From positions 2,336,001 to 2,400,000 of the forward strand of contig OZ252149.1 of NCBI GenBank assembly GCA_965248755.1: a stretch of DNA of 64,000 nucleotides, in the 5' to 3' direction. The translations under genes and the position numbers were made by a program. This document shows, piece after piece, positions 8,525 through 18,718 of this stretch (position 1 is its first letter; each line of letters begins with the position of its first letter). Source of the stretch: Candidatus Latescibacterota bacterium. GTDB lineage: Bacteria > Latescibacterota > CBDEFO01. The notes under the pieces are model-generated. The model made no database searches and was not told where the DNA came from. It saw only the letters and a list, made by a program, of their open reading frames with translations.

Positions 8525-10504
8525 ATGAGGGTTTTGCAATCAAAAATCGGAACATCAGCGCACTTAAAGTCAGTGGGCAACCTACAAACAGGAGAGGCGG
8601 TGCCCCCACGCTTGATCGGATCGAGGGTATGGGGCCTGTCTACCGTCTACTGTCTACTGTCTACTGTCACAGTGTTGCTGTGTCTCTTTGAAGCAGAACC
8701 TGCACACAGCATAGGATATAAACTAGGCTTCACGCAGAACAGCGACCGTTTTACCTGGTCACACAGTTTCAGTGGATTAAACTATACGATAGACACGGGT
8801 CGGGAAGGAACAGATTCCAAGATCAGGATTTCAGCGAACAGTTCCTTCAGATCGACTCTGACAAAGACTCAGAGCGGAAATAGATGGAGAGACAGCAGCA
8901 GCGGGAGATGGTCTGTCAACTATCCACTCTCATCAAAGTCGTCTGTGGGCATTAACGGGAGACTTAGCAGGAGCTCAGACAACTTCTCCAGGGCCAAAGA
9001 ACCCCTAGTAAACCAGAGCGTTGGTGTCACACTATCGTATAGACCCTTCTCATCGGGGTCCTTCAAATCGTTTTCCTTAAGTCAATCTTCGAGCCGGTCG
9101 TTCAACAGAACTTTCGGCCAGGGAGCATCCGGTCTAAGCTACAGTTTCAATACGTCTGTAAGTCCCAAGTTGATAGATGGCTTAACCCCGTCCTTCACCT
9201 ACAGCAGATCAGGAAATACATCAGTGAGAGGCCATCTGAATACCAGCTTAAGGGGGAGCCTTGGGAATCGCATAGGAAGTCATACAAACACCTCCCTGAG
9301 CTACAACGAAAGCAGATCAGATAGGGATTACCGGCGCAGAGACGATCCCACACGCCTGGAAAATAGATTCACCAGAACCAGGAATTTAAGCGGGAGTATC
9401 AACTTCAAGAAGGATGACCTCTCTTTAAATAACAGATTAGGATACAACGAATCCCGAGGGACAGATACTGCAAGCGATGATCCCACTTCCTCCAAGTGGG
9501 GGACGGATAGGAAGACCACACGCTTCAGCTGGAAGAGCTCGCTGAATACAAGTCTATCAGAGAAGGTGAGCATGAGCTTAGATGTGGGCTACTCGTCTTC
9601 AGAGTCTTCCACGCTTCCGAGCAAAACGATCGTAGATGGAAAGAATCGCCGGGACCTGTTGGACAAGGAGAATTCAGATATCGATTTGAATTCATCATTT
9701 AATTTCACGTTGAACGAGGATCACCGCTTGACGTTTAGAGGACGAGTCGGAAAAGCGAGCACGGATACTCCGTCCGAGGCTGAGATAAACGATAGGGACG
9801 ATTTTACGAGCCGCGTGTCCCTGTCGTACAGCGGTTCATACGATAGCTTCAATCTGAATTTGAATCTGAGCACGGGTCAAAACCACAACGTGCGTTTGCA
9901 CTCCAAAAGGTCGGCTAACAACAAATGGTTGCGAAATTACAGTCTGTCAGCAGGAACAAGCTACCAGCTATTTGAGGGCTTTAGCCTGCGTCACAGCTAT
10001 TCACTGACAGCTCGCTACAGCGATTTTGACTTTGACGAAAGATACTTTAATGTGACGACGCCCAAAAGCAACGTCAGCAGGTCGTGGTCGATGAACCATT
10101 CCGTCACCCTGCCAAGATTCGGGGGAATCGGACTATCGGGAAGCTATAACTTAAGTATTAACGATTTCGGGAACCTATTCGAGACTGGTGAGCAGTTCGT
10201 GACAAGGGACGGAAGACGGAGGAATGTCAGCCTTAATGCGAGCTATGCTGCCGCGTCCTGGCTGACCTTTGGATCTGGCTTCAGCCAAGTAGTAAGCACA
10301 AACTGGAAGAACAACAATAAAGGAGTCAGAGTGCTCGATAATGAAAGGGTCAACAGCAGTATCAGGATGAGTCTGAACTACACTCCAAGCACTGACAATA
10401 CCCTGAGCGTAAGTGCAAGCAAGGGCAAAGCGAAAAGTTCCAAGCTTACGAACATTGAGACCTCACCGACGACTATCACTATAAACTACTCTCACAGGTT
10501 CTAA
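8525..10504 (+). CDS. Large Ser/Thr/Asn-rich putative outer-membrane beta-barrel of unknown function (start uncertain)
   Basis: Hydrophobic stretch ending in PAHS (signal-peptide-like), many amphipathic beta-strands (e.g. VSLSYSGS, LNASY, MSLNY) and a C-terminal INYSHRF, typical of BAM substrates. Confidence 0.7.
   Translation: MRVLQSKIGTSAHLKSVGNLQTGEAVPPRLIGSRVWGLSTVYCLLSTVTVLLCLFEAEPAHSIGYKLGFTQNSDRFTWSHSFSGLNYTIDTGREGTDSKIRISANSSFRSTLTKTQSGNRWRDSSSGRWSVNYPLSSKSSVGINGRLSRSSDNFSRAKEPLVNQSVGVTLSYRPFSSGSFKSFSLSQSSSRSFNRTFGQGASGLSYSFNTSVSPKLIDGLTPSFTYSRSGNTSVRGHLNTSLRGSLGNRIGSHTNTSLSYNESRSDRDYRRRDDPTRLENRFTRTRNLSGSINFKKDDLSLNNRLGYNESRGTDTASDDPTSSKWGTDRKTTRFSWKSSLNTSLSEKVSMSLDVGYSSSESSTLPSKTIVDGKNRRDLLDKENSDIDLNSSFNFTLNEDHRLTFRGRVGKASTDTPSEAEINDRDDFTSRVSLSYSGSYDSFNLNLNLSTGQNHNVRLHSKRSANNKWLRNYSLSAGTSYQLFEGFSLRHSYSLTARYSDFDFDERYFNVTTPKSNVSRSWSMNHSVTLPRFGGIGLSGSYNLSINDFGNLFETGEQFVTRDGRRRNVSLNASYAAASWLTFGSGFSQVVSTNWKNNNKGVRVLDNERVNSSIRMSLNYTPSTDNTLSVSASKGKAKSSKLTNIETSPTTITINYSHRF
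8598..8668. repeat. GGTGCCC + small palindrome + (TGTCTAC)n heptamer tract
   Basis: About 4.5 copies of the heptamer at 8636-8668, preceded by the hairpin GCCCC..TTGATCGGATCGA..GGGGC. Related tracts lie at 17560-17596 and 18664-18682. Confidence 0.7.
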
Positions 10505-10517
10505 CGAGGGAGTCGCT

Positions 10518-12245
10518 ATGAAACACAACTGGGTATTTGTGGACAGGCCGGACGAAAAGTTGGTCTGTGATCTTTGCTGCGAGCTGAACGTGCCGGAAGT
10601 AGTGGCAAGGCTATTAATAAACCGGCAGGTAAAAGATCTCGAGTCGGCAAGGAGGTTTTTGAAACCCTCCTTGGACGATATGTACGACCCTTTTTTAATG
10701 GCGGATATGGATATTGCGGCCGAAAGGCTCCTTTGCGCTGTTAGAAAAGGCCAAGGGATTGTGATCCACGGGGATTACGATGTAGACGGTGTGACAGGGG
10801 CGGCAACTATGATCAGAGCGCTCGAAAAGATAGGTGCAGATGTATCGTTTTACGTGCCGGATAGGTTCGATGAGGGCTACGGAATCTCCGCTAAAGGGAT
10901 AGAGGAGGCAAAAGAAAGTGGGGCCGCAGTGATCGTGTCGGTAGACTGTGGAATCACGGCCATAGATGAGGCGGCTTTAGCCAAAAACTTGGGGATAGAT
11001 ATGATAATTACGGATCACCACGAGCCCTCAGGGGTTCTTCCCCAAGCCCTTGCAGTATTAGATCCTAAAAGGGCGGACTGCTCGTATCCGTTTGAGGAGC
11101 TATCTGGAGTGGCTGTGGCGTTCAAACTCCTGCAGGCCCTCTTTAAGGAGGGGAACTTCCATACTGACATCTTGCACGAGAACTTGGATCTGGTGGCTTT
11201 GGGTTGTGCAGCCGATATTGTGCCTTTGATAGATGAGAACAGAATATTGACAAAGCTCGGCTTCGAGAAGATGAACAACACGTCCAATCCGGGGATAAGG
11301 GCCCTAATAGATACAGCAAGATTGAAGGGGAAGACTCTAAGCACGGGTCAGGTAGTCTTCGCATTAGCCCCGAGGATCAACGCTGCAGGGCGGATAGACA
11401 ACGCCCTGAAGGCAGTGGAGCTGCTGACGACAGCGGATGAGGGTCTGGCTCGGTACATAGCCGATATACTGGAGGTGGAGAACAGAAGGCGCAGAGAGTT
11501 AGATGAAATGACGAAGGACGAGGCCCTGGAGATGGTTCAAAGGACGGCTGATACGAGAAATGACCCTGCCCTGGTGTTGGCTTCCGACAACTGGCATCAG
11601 GGTGTCATAGGAATCGTCGCATCGCGGGTTGTGGAAGAATACTATCTCCCCACGGTACTTATCGCTTTAGATGGTGATATAGGAAAGGGATCTGGAAGGA
11701 GCATACCCAATTTTAACCTGTTCGAGGCGCTCCGCGAATGCAGAGACCTCTTAGAGGGATTCGGAGGTCACAAGGCGGCGGCAGGGCTGACAGTCAGAAG
11801 GGATAAAGTAGACGAGTTCAGGGAAAGGTTTAAGTCAGTGGCAGACGAGCGGCTGAGACCGGAGGACAAGATTCCACAGCTTAAGATACAAGATGAGATA
11901 CGATTAGGCGAAATAGATGAAAAATTCTTGAGACTCTTGAAGCGTTTTGAACCTTTTGGACCGGAGAATATGAAACCGCGTATGGTATCCAGAGACCTTG
12001 AGGTGGTGGGATATCCGAAGATAGTGGGAAAGGATCATCTCAAGTTCAAAGTTCGCCAGGATCAGAAGGTGCTCGACTGCATAGGCTTCAATATGAAAGA
12101 TATGCTGCAGACAGTGAAGTCATCAGGTGGAGACCTCAGCCTGGCTTACGTAATTGAGGAGAACGAATGGAGAGGCGAAAAGATGATTCAACTTAGATTG
12201 AAAGACGTAAGGAGAAAAGAAGATGGCTTTCCCAGAGGCGGATAA
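10518..12245 (+). CDS. recJ: ssDNA-specific exonuclease RecJ
   Basis: [44 protein letters not shown]. Confidence 0.97.
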   Translation: MKHNWVFVDRPDEKLVCDLCCELNVPEVVARLLINRQVKDLESARRFLKPSLDDMYDPFLMADMDIAAERLLCAVRKGQGIVIHGDYDVDGVTGAATMIRALEKIGADVSFYVPDRFDEGYGISAKGIEEAKESGAAVIVSVDCGITAIDEAALAKNLGIDMIITDHHEPSGVLPQALAVLDPKRADCSYPFEELSGVAVAFKLLQALFKEGNFHTDILHENLDLVALGCAADIVPLIDENRILTKLGFEKMNNTSNPGIRALIDTARLKGKTLSTGQVVFALAPRINAAGRIDNALKAVELLTTADEGLARYIADILEVENRRRRELDEMTKDEALEMVQRTADTRNDPALVLASDNWHQGVIGIVASRVVEEYYLPTVLIALDGDIGKGSGRSIPNFNLFEALRECRDLLEGFGGHKAAAGLTVRRDKVDEFRERFKSVADERLRPEDKIPQLKIQDEIRLGEIDEKFLRLLKRFEPFGPENMKPRMVSRDLEVVGYPKIVGKDHLKFKVRQDQKVLDCIGFNMKDMLQTVKSSGGDLSLAYVIEENEWRGEKMIQLRLKDVRRKEDGFPRGG

Positions 12246-13143
12246 GATATGGTTCAACGGAGAGTTAGTGGACTGGAAGGACGCTACGATTCACGTTCTG
12301 TCTCACGTGGTGCACTACGGATCCAGCGTCTTTGAGGGCATGAGGTGCTACGATACAAAGCGTGGATCGGCATGCTTCCGTCTGGACGACCATATAAATA
12401 GGCTGTTCGATTCGGCGAAGATATACAGGATGGATCTGCGCTATTCCAAGGAGCAGATAAGGGAGGCTATATTAGAAACGATAACGGCCAATAAATTGAG
12501 TAGCTGTTACGTAAGGCCGATAGCTTTCAGGGGATACGGCAGTTTGGGTGTGGATCCTTCCGACTGCCCTGTAGATGTGGTGATAGCCGTCTGGGAATGG
12601 GGAAAGTATCTGGGACCGGAAGCCATCGAAAAGGGGGTGACCGTAAGGACGGCCTCGTGGGCTCGCATGGCTCCGAACACTCTTCCGACCTTGGCAAAGG
12701 TGGGTGGCAACTATCTGAGCTCTCAGCTGATCAAGATGGAGGCACTGGCAGATGGTTACGCTGAGGGCCTGGCTTTAGATTCCCTCGGCTACGTGAGCGA
12801 GGGCAGCGGAGAGAACATATTTATGATCAAGAACCAAGTGATATATACTCCATCCACAGGGTCGGCTATCCTCCCGGGGATCACCAGACACTCGGTTATT
12901 ACTTTAGCGCGGGATCTGGGATACACCGTGACCCAGAGACCGATTCCGCGTGAAGCTCTGTATATAGCCGATGAGGTGTTCTTCACAGGAAGCGCGGCTG
13001 AAATTACACCCATAAACTCTATAGATAAGATCACGGTGGGAGACGGCACAAGAGGCCCTAGAACCAAGAGAATTCAGGAAGAGTTCTTCGCGATCACTTC
13101 AGGAGAGGTGGAGGATCGCCACGGTTGGCTCGACTTCGTGTGA
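12223..13143 (+). CDS. ilvE: Branched-chain amino acid aminotransferase
   Basis: [43 protein letters not shown]. Confidence 0.97.
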   Translation: MAFPEADKIWFNGELVDWKDATIHVLSHVVHYGSSVFEGMRCYDTKRGSACFRLDDHINRLFDSAKIYRMDLRYSKEQIREAILETITANKLSSCYVRPIAFRGYGSLGVDPSDCPVDVVIAVWEWGKYLGPEAIEKGVTVRTASWARMAPNTLPTLAKVGGNYLSSQLIKMEALADGYAEGLALDSLGYVSEGSGENIFMIKNQVIYTPSTGSAILPGITRHSVITLARDLGYTVTQRPIPREALYIADEVFFTGSAAEITPINSIDKITVGDGTRGPRTKRIQEEFFAITSGEVEDRHGWLDFV

Positions 13144-13165
13144 ACGGGAAGATGAGCTTTTTCAC

Positions 13166-13201
13166 AAAGAGCGAGAGCCAATTCTTCCTCTCGCTTTTTT
13201 T
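13166..13201 (+). terminator. Rho-independent terminator after ilvE
   Basis: AGCGAGAG / CTCTCGCT stem followed by a T run. Confidence 0.75.
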
Positions 13202-13203
13202 CT

Positions 13204-13232
13204 TTGACATAAAGGGTTAATTTGACTATTTT
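13204..13232 (+). promoter_or_regulatory. Putative sigma70 promoter of proC
   Basis: TTGACA-17 bp-TATTTT. Confidence 0.55.
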
Positions 13233-13279
13233 TAGGATATATGGAATCGTCCTGCATATAATATAGCAGGAAATGGGTA

Positions 13280-14110
13280 ATGAAGGATAAAGCAATGTTA
13301 GATGGTAAGAAAATAGCGATCATAGGCGCAGGGAACATGGGAAGCGCTCTTGTAGCGGGAATCGTAACCGCAAAACTGGCCCCACAAGGGAACGTGACAG
13401 CTAAGGATGTCGTACCAGAATTGTTGGAGAAGCTCAAGCAGCACTATGGGGTTAATACTACGTCGGACGACAGGGAGACTGTCCAGCCTGCCGACATAGT
13501 TATACTGGCCGTGAAGCCGCAGATCATGTCACCGCTTCTGGAGAGCTTAAGAAGGTATATCAATGAGTCTCAGACTGTCATATCCATAGCGGCAGGGATC
13601 AAGACTTCGTTCATAGAGGAGGGGCTCAAGAGCAAGGTTCCAGTCGTGAGGGTCATGCCGAATATCCTCATTTCGATCGGGGCTGGGATCTCAGCGCTCT
13701 GCGGGGGCGTGTATGCCAGGAAGGAACACCTGGATTTAGCGTCCAAGATACTGGGCGCGGTCGGTGATGTGGTATATGTAGAGGAGAACTATATGGACGC
13801 CGTGACAGGACTTTCGGCAAGCGGACCAGCTTATGTGTATTCGATTATTGACGGTCTGGCGGACGGGGGCGTCAAGATGGGCTTGACGAAGGATGTGGCA
13901 TTAAGACTAGCGGCCTCTGTGGTTATGGGATCTGCCAAGATGGTGATCGAAAGCGGTGAGCATCCGGGCGTCTTGAAAGATAGGGTCACGTCTCCGGGCG
14001 GAACGACGATTGCGGGTCTGCACGTCCTTGAGAAACACAGCTTCAAAAATGCACTGATGAGCGCAGTAGAGGCGGCGACTTTGAGGGCAGAAGAATTAGG
14101 AAAAGAGTAA
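13280..14110 (+). CDS. proC: Pyrroline-5-carboxylate reductase
   Basis: IGAGNMG, LAVKPQ, SIAAG, RVMPN, SGPAY, VTSPGGTT. Confidence 0.97.
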   Translation: MKDKAMLDGKKIAIIGAGNMGSALVAGIVTAKLAPQGNVTAKDVVPELLEKLKQHYGVNTTSDDRETVQPADIVILAVKPQIMSPLLESLRRYINESQTVISIAAGIKTSFIEEGLKSKVPVVRVMPNILISIGAGISALCGGVYARKEHLDLASKILGAVGDVVYVEENYMDAVTGLSASGPAYVYSIIDGLADGGVKMGLTKDVALRLAASVVMGSAKMVIESGEHPGVLKDRVTSPGGTTIAGLHVLEKHSFKNALMSAVEAATLRAEELGKE

Positions 14111-14305
14111 GAATAAGGAATGTTAGTAGATCACTTCAGCGGCGCCCATAAAGCCAATAATAATCCCGATAAAGTCGTTCGGGGCCAACATTATTTGCTC
14201 GAACAGTTCCCGGAGAACGCCTGACCGAAGAACAGTAAAGTTTAGAGAGTACATCGCTAATATTAGCGATGTACTAAGAAGATTAACCCATAAGAAGAGG
14301 TTACG

Positions 14306-15022
14306 ATGCCTAAGACGACTGTTATCTCTGGGGTCGGCCCTGGATTAGGAGCATCGTTAGTTCAGAAGTTCGCGCATGAAGGATACCAGGTGGGGATGTT
14401 TGCACGATCCCCGGACTATATTCAGAATCTGGCCACAGAACTGCAGCAAACTGGTGTAACCGCCTTGGCTGTGCCAACAGATATCGCAGACCCCGACCAG
14501 GTAGAGCGTGGTTTCGCAGAGGTTCGGGAACAGTTAGGACCGGTTGACGTATTGATAAATCACGCTGGAAATGCGGTCTGGAAGGACTTTCTCGAACTAA
14601 CGCCTGAAGATTTCGAACGGTCCTGGCGCGTCTGTGCCTACGGCTCCTTTCTCTGCTGTAAAGAAGCCCTGCCTGACATGCTCGCAAGTGGCAACGGGAC
14701 AATACTCTTCACGGGTGCAACCTCATCGATTCGGGGGAGAGCGGGAGCCCTTGCTTTCAGTAGTGCAAAGTTCGCCGTGCGCGGTTTGGCTGAGTCCCTC
14801 GCCCGAGAGCTGTGGCCTAAAGGCATTCATGTCGCTCATGTTATCATAGACGGTGTTCTGGATACCCCCGCAGTACGGGCACAGGACTCATCTGCTGCCG
14901 AGGGCCCTTTACTTGATACCGACGCCGTAGCAGATGCCTATTGGGATCTCGTGCAACAGGATAGGAAGGCCTGGACTCTTGAGATTGATGTGCGTCCCCA
15001 CAACGAGGAGTTCTTTGTATGA
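14306..15022 (+). CDS. Short-chain dehydrogenase/reductase (DHB-DH-like subgroup)
   Basis: GVGPGLG, LINHAG, ILFTGATSSIRG, AKFAVRGLAESLAREL, HVAHVIIDG. Confidence 0.9.
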   Translation: MPKTTVISGVGPGLGASLVQKFAHEGYQVGMFARSPDYIQNLATELQQTGVTALAVPTDIADPDQVERGFAEVREQLGPVDVLINHAGNAVWKDFLELTPEDFERSWRVCAYGSFLCCKEALPDMLASGNGTILFTGATSSIRGRAGALAFSSAKFAVRGLAESLARELWPKGIHVAHVIIDGVLDTPAVRAQDSSAAEGPLLDTDAVADAYWDLVQQDRKAWTLEIDVRPHNEEFFV

Positions 15023-15097
15023 ACACACCGGATTCACCACGCAAATGAAGATTTCCATTGCACCTGACCTAACGCTTTCAAGCTCAATTCAAATGAT

Positions 15098-15703
15098 ATG
15101 CTTACGATCGTAGATTACGGCATGGGAAATCTGAGGAGCGTCCAGAAGGCGTTTGAGAGGGTCGGCTACCAGGCGTCGGTAACCAGCGACCCAGAGGATA
15201 TCGAAAGGGCGTCTAAGTTGGTTCTACCCGGCGTGGGGGCCTTCGGCGATGCCGTGAAAAATCTAAAGATGGCCGAATTGATAGATCCTATTAAGGATTC
15301 CATAAATAGGCGCGTTCCGTTTCTGGGGATATGTCTGGGGCTGCAGCTTCTATTTTCAGAGAGCCAGGAGAAGGGAATTCACAAGGGTTTGAATGTTTTG
15401 CCCGGGAAGGTAAGACTCTTTGCAATTTCACAGAGGGTGCCGCAGATAGGATGGAATCAGATTCATATCAAAAGGGAAACTCCCCTATTAGAGGGCGTAC
15501 CCGACGGTTCCTTCTTCTATTTTGTGCACTCATATTACGTTGATCCCCAGAAGAGCGAGGACACTGTAGCAACCACCGATTATGAGATAGACTACACGTC
15601 CATAGCGGGCAGGGACAACGTCTTCGGGATACAATTTCATCCTGAAAAGAGTCAGGATATGGGACTGAGGATCCTCAAGAACTTTGCAGAGATAACATGT
15701 TAG
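15098..15703 (+). CDS. hisH: Imidazole glycerol phosphate synthase, glutaminase subunit
   Basis: DYGMGNL, LPGVGAF, GICLGLQ, YFVHSYY, QFHPEKS. Confidence 0.97.
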   Translation: MLTIVDYGMGNLRSVQKAFERVGYQASVTSDPEDIERASKLVLPGVGAFGDAVKNLKMAELIDPIKDSINRRVPFLGICLGLQLLFSESQEKGIHKGLNVLPGKVRLFAISQRVPQIGWNQIHIKRETPLLEGVPDGSFFYFVHSYYVDPQKSEDTVATTDYEIDYTSIAGRDNVFGIQFHPEKSQDMGLRILKNFAEITC

Positions 15704-16434
15704 TTATTCCTGCGATAGATCTTCTGGATGGACAGTGCGTGCGTCTGATTCAGGGCAGGAAGGAGGATAAGACTGTCTATTCAGACGATCCTGCAAAGAC
15801 GGCTTTGAGGTGGGAAACAGAAGGAGCAGGGTATCTGCATTTAGTAGATCTGGACGGAGCCTTCGAGGGGAAATCGAAGAACCTATCTGCAATCAGAGAC
15901 ATCCTTGAGGCTTTGGAGATTCCGGTTCAACTCGGCGGAGGGATAAGGAGCGTCGGAGCCGCCGCTAAACTGCTATCTCTGGGGATAGATAGAGTCATCC
16001 TGGGGACTGCGGCGCTGAACGAGCCTGAGATCGTCAACAAGTGTATAGAAAGATTCGGAAGTAACAGGATAGTTGTGGGGATAGATGCTAAAGATGGTAT
16101 GGTGGCCGTGAAGGGGTGGGAGGAGGTTTCGAAGGTATCTGCTGTAGAGCTGGCTTTGAAGATGAAAAAGATAGGCGTCGAGCGAGTGGTATATACCGAT
16201 GTGTCAAAGGATGGCATGCTCAAAGGTCCAAACCTCGAAGCTACAAGGCTCTTGGCAGAGGAGACAGAATTAAAGATAATAGCCTCAGGCGGCGTATCGT
16301 CCTCCGATGACATAAGGAATTTGGCGGAGTTGGAAAAGATAGGAGTGGAGGGCGTGATCGTAGGAAAGGCTCTCTATGAAGGTAAGGTGAGCCTTAAAGA
16401 TCTTACGACTCTCCCAAGTTTAAGCAGTAAATAG
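15697..16434 (+). CDS. hisA: ProFAR isomerase
   Basis: IPAIDL, LHLVDLDGA, QLGGGIR, YTDVSKDGML.GPN, ASGGV. Confidence 0.97.
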   Translation: MLVIPAIDLLDGQCVRLIQGRKEDKTVYSDDPAKTALRWETEGAGYLHLVDLDGAFEGKSKNLSAIRDILEALEIPVQLGGGIRSVGAAAKLLSLGIDRVILGTAALNEPEIVNKCIERFGSNRIVVGIDAKDGMVAVKGWEEVSKVSAVELALKMKKIGVERVVYTDVSKDGMLKGPNLEATRLLAEETELKIIASGGVSSSDDIRNLAELEKIGVEGVIVGKALYEGKVSLKDLTTLPSLSSK

Positions 16435-16750
16435 CTTCTTAACTTTCTAACCTGTTGCAGCAGAAAGTCTTGGCATAGCTATACATAGTTTATACAACTG
16501 TGCACACTATGTAAGTCAGTGGATATGCGATGTCTGGGCTTTACAGATTTACGTAAGTGTCCAATAGGTAGGGTTTATGCATAGTTGTCCCCACACCCTA
16601 CATACTGTAAGTGATGAATACATAGGAGGTTATGACTACATATGTAGGGTGTGAAGGGTTTTACTATAAACTTCTGCAAAAAAAATCTTAAGAATAGAAA
16701 AAGTTACATGATAACCCTGCATATCCTACGGGAATAAGTAGCGGAGCAGA

Positions 16751-17524
16751 ATGTTAGCAAAAAGGATAATCCCCTGTCTGGATGTAGATAAAGGCCGTGT
16801 GATCAAAGGCGTCAAGTTTGTGGAACATGTGGACGCCGGTGATCCAGTCGAGCAGGCCAAGTTCTACGACCGGGAAAAGGCGGATGAACTGGTCTTTTAC
16901 GACATCACAGCTTCTGCCGAGGCGCGTCAGATTATGCTGGATGTGGTCAAAAGGACTTCAGAAGAGGTCTTTATCCCCTTAACAGTCGGCGGAGGGATAA
17001 GGACTATTGAGGATATAAAGGAGATCATACAGGGCGGAGCGGATAAGATCTCCTTGAACACCGCCGCCGTAAAGAATCCCGAGATAATAACCTCTGGGGC
17101 AGAAAGCTTCGGTAATCAGTGCATTGTAGTTTCCATTGACGCTAAGAGAGTCCAGAAAGATAGTCAAGCCGAACCTTCGTGGGAGGTCTATATCAACGGG
17201 GGAAGGACGCCCACAGGTATAAATGCCCTTGAGTGGGCGCAGGAGGCTGAGTCTCTGGGAGCAGGCGAACTTGTGCTGAACAGCATAGACGCCGACGGCA
17301 CAAAAGACGGATACGATTTAGTACTCAACCGGACTGTGGACGAGAAGGCAAATATCCCGATTGTGGCTTCAGGCGGATGCGGGAATTTAGAACACATATA
17401 TCAGGTATTGACTGCAGGAAAAGCCAGCGCTGCTCTGGCAGCTTCGATATTTCACTTCAGGGAATATTCGATTCAGGAGGCTAAGGACTACTTATCAGCG
17501 CGCAAAGTCCTGCTGAGAAGGTGA
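16751..17524 (+). CDS. hisF: Imidazole glycerol phosphate synthase, cyclase subunit
   Basis: [41 protein letters not shown]. Confidence 0.97.
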   Translation: MLAKRIIPCLDVDKGRVIKGVKFVEHVDAGDPVEQAKFYDREKADELVFYDITASAEARQIMLDVVKRTSEEVFIPLTVGGGIRTIEDIKEIIQGGADKISLNTAAVKNPEIITSGAESFGNQCIVVSIDAKRVQKDSQAEPSWEVYINGGRTPTGINALEWAQEAESLGAGELVLNSIDADGTKDGYDLVLNRTVDEKANIPIVASGGCGNLEHIYQVLTAGKASAALAASIFHFREYSIQEAKDYLSARKVLLRR

Positions 17525-17559
17525 GGAGAATTTAGCAGAGGCAAATAGGGAGTGGGGCC

Positions 17560-17596
17560 GGTGCCCTGTCTACTGTTTGCTGTCTACAGTCTACTG
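17560..17596. repeat. GGTGCCC + degenerate (TGTCTAC)n tract upstream of aroF
   Basis: GGTGCCCTGTCTACTGTTTGCTGTCTACAGTCTACTG; a shorter copy GGTGCCCCGTCTACTGTCC follows aroF at about 18664-18682. Confidence 0.6.
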
Positions 17597-17617
17597 ATTT
17601 TCACGGGTGAGACAAAG

Positions 17618-18634
17618 ATGATTATTGTTATGGAAAAGGACGCCACAAAGGAGCAGATAGAGCATGTATGCGACCGTGTGAGGGAATTGGGCTATTCTGT
17701 ACATCCCATCTACGGTGTGGAAAGGACTGTCGTGGCCGCGGTAGGTGATGAGAGGGAAAAGGCTCAGCTTCAGGTATTGGAGTCTGCACCGGGTGTTCAG
17801 CGGGTCGTCCCGATATTGCAGCCCTTCAAGCTGGTCGGAACGGAGGTAAAGAGGGAAAAGACCATCATAGACGTGAGGGGAGTCAAGGTAGGGAGCGATC
17901 AGTTTGCGGTGATAGCGGGTCCGTGTTCTGTTGAGAGCAGAGAGCAGATATTGGAGACGGCTGAGGCCGTAAAGCAAGCTGGAGCAAAGCTTCTAAGGGG
18001 CGGGGCGTTCAAGCCGCGAACTTCGCCGTACAGCTTTCAGGGACTGGCTGAGGAAGGATTGAAACTTCTAGCTGAGGCCAGAGAGAAGTTCGGGCTTTCG
18101 ATCGTGACCGAGGTCATGTCTCATGAGGATGTTCCCTTAGTGGCAGAGTACGCCGATGTACTGCAGATAGGGGCTCGAAATATGCAAAACTTCCCGCTCT
18201 TGAAGAGCCTGGGCGATGCGGGCAAACCGATACTTCTCAAGCGGGGGATGATGGCTACTATAGAGGAGCTCCTGATGTCAGCGGAGTACATAGTGTCAGG
18301 CGGCAACAACGATGTGATACTGTGCGAGCGGGGGATAAGGACGTTTGAGACCTACACGAGGAACACATTCGACCTGTCGGCGATCCCGGCCTTAAAGAGT
18401 CTGTCCCATCTACCGGTTATCGCAGATCCCAGTCATGGCACCGGGGTAAGGAGCCTGGTGGATTCGATGTCGAAGGCTGCCGTGGCGGCAGGCGCGGACG
18501 GACTACTAATAGAAGTGCATCCAGATCCCGAAGAGGCGTTCTCGGACGGCGCGCAGTCCCTACTGCCCGATCAGTTTTCAGCCCTGATGAAAGACATAGA
18601 GCGCTACCTTGATCTTGAGAAAAGATACCTTTAG
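17618..18634 (+). CDS. aroF: DAHP synthase, type I-beta, with N-terminal ferredoxin-like regulatory domain
   Basis: MIIVME start, [44 protein letters not shown]. The GTG at 17552 only adds repeat-derived residues. Confidence 0.95.
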   Translation: MIIVMEKDATKEQIEHVCDRVRELGYSVHPIYGVERTVVAAVGDEREKAQLQVLESAPGVQRVVPILQPFKLVGTEVKREKTIIDVRGVKVGSDQFAVIAGPCSVESREQILETAEAVKQAGAKLLRGGAFKPRTSPYSFQGLAEEGLKLLAEAREKFGLSIVTEVMSHEDVPLVAEYADVLQIGARNMQNFPLLKSLGDAGKPILLKRGMMATIEELLMSAEYIVSGGNNDVILCERGIRTFETYTRNTFDLSAIPALKSLSHLPVIADPSHGTGVRSLVDSMSKAAVAAGADGLLIEVHPDPEEAFSDGAQSLLPDQFSALMKDIERYLDLEKRYL

Positions 18635-18718
18635 AGCAGGAGATCGCAAAGAGAAAGGGCAGAGGTGCCCCGTCTACTGTCCAGGGAAGACATGCGGTCA
18701 GCCCCTTTTTAAGAAACG

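Noticed and set aside
14111..15097. SDR gene as an integron cassette
   Set aside because: It interrupts proC-hisH and has CTAAC-like motifs nearby, but there is no complete attC pairing and no integrase.
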